DNA from: Clostridia bacterium
GTDB taxonomy: Bacteria > Bacillota > Clostridia > DUPQ01
Reading direction: 5' to 3'
Assembly: GCA_030590175.1 (NCBI GenBank)
Contig: JAUUZE010000002.1
Location: 1 to 40,932, forward strand
DNA length: 40,932 nt
In this document: piece after piece, positions 38,112-40,932 of the stretch
Numbering within the stretch: position 1 is the stretch's first letter
How the letters are laid out: every line of letters starts with the position of its first letter
Made by a program: the position numbers and the translations under genes
The notes under the pieces: model-generated
What the model was told of the DNA's origin: nothing
Databases searched by the model: none
Seen by the model: the letters and a program-made list of their open reading frames with translations, nothing else

Positions 38112-39050
38112 GATACTTCTCGGGAAAACAGGTATATCTGTAAGTAGACTATGTTTTGGTGCCTTGACCATTGGACCCTTACAGGCAAACATGTCAATAG
38201 ATGAGGGTTCGTCCATAATTGCACATGCCCTAACACAGGGCATTAATTTTATCGATACAGCTCAATTGTATGGAACTTATCCATATATCAAACAAGCTAT
38301 TAAAAAATCTAGAATAACTCCTGTAATTTCTACAAAATCATATGCATATAGTAGAGAGCAAGCAAAAGCTAGCCTTGAGCAAGCAAGAAGCGCCCTTGAT
38401 ATTGATGTTATAGATATTTTCATGTTACATGAACAAGAAAGTGAATTAACCATGAAAGGACATCAAGAAGCTCTTGATTACTATTTAAATCAAAAAGAAC
38501 TTGGAAAAATTAGGGCAGTAGGAGTATCAACCCATGCAATAGAAGTAGTTAATGTTGCTAGCTTAAAAAAAGAGATAGATATTATTGCTCCAATGCTAAA
38601 TATGAGAGGTCTTGGAATAATAGATGGTACTTTACATGAGATGGAAGCTGCCATAAGTAAAGCGAAAAACATGGGAAAGGTATAATTACCATGAAACCTT
38701 TAGGGGGTGGAAATTGTATCTTAAATTATGACCAATGTTTTTCTTACTTATTTCAAAATGAAAATATTGAATGCATTGCTGTGGGTATGAAAAGTGAAGC
38801 TGAAGTAGATATGAACATTGCCACATTTTCAAATATAGCAATTAGTGAAAACCTTAGAGAAAAGGTGTCTTTACAAAACAGGCAATTACATATAGAATTT
38901 TGGTGTGAAAAGTGCCAAAAATGCATTGAACGATGTCAATCTAATGCACTAAGTTTCCAAGATGGAAAAGTAGTAGTTGATCATGAAAAGTGTGCACTTT
39001 GTGGTTATTGTGCATCAGTATGTGATGTATTTGCCATTAAAATATTTTAG
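38104..39050 (+). pseudogene. Aldo/keto reductase fused to a C-terminal 4Fe-4S ferredoxin domain, interrupted by a -1 frameshift near 38676-38680
   Basis: ORF 38104-38685 encodes the N-terminal AKR half (LGKTGISVSRLCFG, FIDTAQLYG). It stops at ...AKNMGKV-stop. ORF 38691-39050, in the -1 frame, continues with MKPLGGGN and ends with two Cys clusters (CEKCQKCIERC; CALCGYCASVC). The -1 frame is open from 38661. Joining the frames at GGGAAAGG gives NMGK-GIITMKPLGGG, the expected contiguous AKR motif. Confidence 0.75.
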
Positions 39051-39059
39051 AAGGTGAGA

Positions 39060-39473
39060 ATGATAGTTTTAGGAATTGATTACGGAGATAAGCGAGTTGG
39101 AATAGCAAAGAGTGATTCGCTGATGATGTTAGCTTCAGGGCTTGATACTATTGTTAGAAAAAATAACAGTATGAAGCAATTAGCTGAAACAATTACTGAT
39201 ATTATAACTCAGTATAATGTAGAAAAAATAGTTTTAGGAATGCCTAAAAATATGGATGGTACACTAGGTGAGAGAGCAGATAAGACTATCGAATTTGCTG
39301 ACATACTTGCAAAATACACAGATATTGATATAATCTTTTGGGATGAACGTTTATCGTCAAAGGCAGCTCATAGAACTATGAATGAGTTAGGTATAAAAAC
39401 TGGGTATAATAAAGGCAAGGTTGACCAAATAGCTGCGTGCTATATATTGCAGGGATATCTTGATAGTATATAA
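39060..39473 (+). CDS. ruvX: Holliday junction resolvase-like / pre-16S rRNA nuclease RuvX (YqgF)
   Basis: MIVLGIDYGDKRVGIA opening and WDERLSS motif. The ATG at 39060 follows AGGTGA. The ORF-track GTG at 39054 lies inside that RBS. Confidence 0.9.
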   Translation: MIVLGIDYGDKRVGIAKSDSLMMLASGLDTIVRKNNSMKQLAETITDIITQYNVEKIVLGMPKNMDGTLGERADKTIEFADILAKYTDIDIIFWDERLSSKAAHRTMNELGIKTGYNKGKVDQIAACYILQGYLDSI

Positions 39474-39483
39474 GGAGAACAAA

Positions 39484-39750
39484 ATGGATCAAAACAGAGA
39501 TGGCATTATCACATTAGAAGATGATAATGGACAGTTAATAGACATGAAAGTAATAGAAATGATAGAATATATGGATAGCCAATATGTGCTACTCCAGAGT
39601 GAAGATGAAACAGATGAGTTATCTTATATTTTTAAATTTACGGAAGATAATAATTTTGATAGATTAGAAACTGTAGAAGATGAAGAAGAACGTGAAATGA
39701 TTTTTAAATTATTTGAAGAAAAAATTGAAGGAAATGGTTTAGCAAACTAG
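39484..39750 (+). CDS. DUF1292 (UPF0473, YrzB-like) protein
   Basis: Small acidic protein (ITLEDDNGQLIDMKVIEMIEY...YVLLQ). AAGGAG lies 6 nt before the ATG at 39484. The ORF-track start at 39460 lies inside ruvX. Confidence 0.85.
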   Translation: MDQNRDGIITLEDDNGQLIDMKVIEMIEYMDSQYVLLQSEDETDELSYIFKFTEDNNFDRLETVEDEEEREMIFKLFEEKIEGNGLAN

Positions 39751-39759
39751 GAGGAATTT

Positions 39760-40791
39760 ATGAAAAGAGTAATTACCATTGTTTTAATAGTACTACTAAT
39801 TTTATCATTAACAGCTTGTAAAAAAGCTGAGGTAGTAGAAAGTGAATCACCAGAACCAACAGCAACTTTAGAACCAACTAGCACACCAGCACCTGTTGTA
39901 ATATTCCCAGATGGAGTTCCACATGATGGAGTGCGACCAATTGCTGTAGTAATTGACAATCAAGGTGAATATCCATTTCCTCAGGCAGGATTATCACAAG
40001 CTCAAGTAGTGTATGAATTTGTTGTAGAAGGTGGAGTAACAAGATATGTTGCTATGTTCTGGGAACAAGATTTAGAACTAATAGGCCCTGTTAGAAGTGC
40101 AAGAGACTATATGTTAGATTTTATTCTTCCATATGATGGAATCTTTGTTCATAATGGTGGAAGCCCTTCAGCTTTAGCTCAAATAGATTATGAAGAGTGG
40201 ATTGATTCACTTGATGGTACCAAAGATGCTAATAAGATTTTTGAAGATATCACAGATAATCCTAATAATTGGCAAGATACATATACTAATAGTGAAGATA
40301 TATATGCATATATCGCTGAAAAAAGTATTTCTTTAGAAACTGATTTAATAGGACACCCTAAATATAGCGAAAGCCCAATTATATTAGAGCAGGGAATTGA
40401 TGCAAAAATTATTAATATTGCATATTCAGCCATTAGTTTTTCAACTTACATGTTTGATGAAGAAAAACAATTGTATTTTAGAAATCGTAATGGAGAAACA
40501 CATACTGATAGAAATACAGGTATTTCTTTATCAGTTACTAATATAATTATTCAAAAAGTCAGCAATGAAACCATCGAAGGAGATGATTCAGGTAGACAGG
40601 CATTAGAAACCATTGGAAGTGGAGAAGGCTACTACTGTACTTTAGGAAAATGTATTGAAATTACATGGGAAAAAGCAGATGAGAATTCACCTACAATTTA
40701 TAAAGATTCAGATGGACATGAAATTGTACTAAATGAAGGTAAAACTTGGATACAAATTGTTCCAACTTATGTGGAACTACTAATTCTATAA
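39760..40791 (+). CDS. DUF3048-family lipoprotein (YerB-like)
   Basis: Lipobox LSLTAC followed by a Pro/Thr/Glu linker. DUF3048 core: RPIAVVIDNQGEYPFPQAGLSQAQVVYEFVVEGGVTRYVAMF, GPVRSARDY. GGAGG RBS. Confidence 0.85.
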   Translation: MKRVITIVLIVLLILSLTACKKAEVVESESPEPTATLEPTSTPAPVVIFPDGVPHDGVRPIAVVIDNQGEYPFPQAGLSQAQVVYEFVVEGGVTRYVAMFWEQDLELIGPVRSARDYMLDFILPYDGIFVHNGGSPSALAQIDYEEWIDSLDGTKDANKIFEDITDNPNNWQDTYTNSEDIYAYIAEKSISLETDLIGHPKYSESPIILEQGIDAKIINIAYSAISFSTYMFDEEKQLYFRNRNGETHTDRNTGISLSVTNIIIQKVSNETIEGDDSGRQALETIGSGEGYYCTLGKCIEITWEKADENSPTIYKDSDGHEIVLNEGKTWIQIVPTYVELLIL

Positions 40792-40797
40792 AATATT

Positions 40798-40821
40798 GAG
40801 CCTCAATAGAGGCTCTTTTTT
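40798..40821 (+). terminator. Intrinsic terminator of the ireB-to-DUF3048 operon
   Basis: GAGCCTC (40798-40804), loop AATA, GAGGCTC (40809-40815), then T6 (40816-40821). It starts 7 nt after the stop codon. Confidence 0.8.
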
Positions 40822-40932
40822 GTTCGCCCAGCATGGGCGAACTCTAATGGGTGAAAGTCCCGAGCGTACCTTTGTAGTAGGAAACGCATAGCTAAGCACA
40901 AGGGTGTCCATCGTGAGGTGGAATCTGAAGGA
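40822..40932 (+). mobile_element. 5' end (domain I) of a bacterial group II intron, class C-like, truncated by the window edge
   Basis: The sequence is GTTCGCCCAGCATGGGCGAACTCTAATGGGTGAAAGTCCCGAGCG...AAGGGTGTCCATCGTGAGGTGGAATCTGAAGGA. It carries blocks I recognise from group II intron domain I: GGGUGAnAGUCCC, AAGGGUGUCC and GGAAUCUGAAGGA. It starts directly after a terminator hairpin plus U-run, the known class C homing site. Confidence 0.8.

Noticed and set aside
1-40932. Scan for CRISPR arrays, tRNA/rRNA genes, riboswitch-sized leaders, IS elements or integrases, toxin-antitoxin pairs, restriction-modification or other known defence genes
   Set aside because: The intergenic regions are all about 140 nt or shorter and are explained by promoters and terminators. 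I saw no repeat-spacer periodicity, cloverleaf-like segments or nuclease/ATPase defence architectures. The only mobile element is the intron fragment at the right edge.

Overview
Visibly AT-rich, densely coding Firmicutes-type chromosomal segment. The gene content looks Clostridia/Erysipelotrichia/Bacilli-like: IreB, RuvX, DUF1292, DUF1189, DUF3048 and a BMP-family nucleoside ABC importer. I support about 38 CDS, one frameshifted gene, several sigma-A-like promoters and intrinsic terminators, and the 5' end of a group II intron at the right edge.

Layout, left to right:
- partial Na/Pi cotransporter (-)
- four-gene BMP-type nucleoside ABC importer operon (-)
- secreted hypothetical protein (-)
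- MarR + heterodimeric ABC exporter + MATE efflux module (+)
- DUF1189 (-)
- uvrB (+), translationally coupled to an SGNH hydrolase
- a tightly packed eight-gene operon of mixed sugar and redox functions: 2x Gfo/Idh/MocA, YjbQ, nitroreductase, ArsC/LMW-PTP-like, GH38 alpha-mannosidase, flavodoxin, URO-D-like
- MATE (-), a second URO-D-like gene (+), a degenerate J-domain membrane protein (+)
- two xylose-isomerase-like TIM-barrel genes (-)
- a stand-alone oadG-oadB-type Na+-pump decarboxylase membrane module (-)
- ftsK-ygiQ-mtaB-TVP38 (+)
- ireB, frameshifted AKR/4Fe-4S gene, ruvX, DUF1292, DUF3048 (+)

I see no rRNA, tRNA, CRISPR array, integrase, toxin-antitoxin pair or recognisable defence gene. 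I cannot honestly point to a clear-cut novel system. The observations most worth follow-up are:
1. a class-C-like group II intron inserted exactly behind an intrinsic terminator
2. an aldo/keto reductase-ferredoxin gene broken by a -1 shift exactly on a G_GGA_AAG slippery heptamer
3. an orphan oadGB operon with no catalytic or biotin subunits nearby
4. the heterogeneous 16.4-24.7 kb operon plus paired URO-D-superfamily paralogs, whose joint function is not predictable from known pathways

All homology statements are family recognition by eye. No searches were run.
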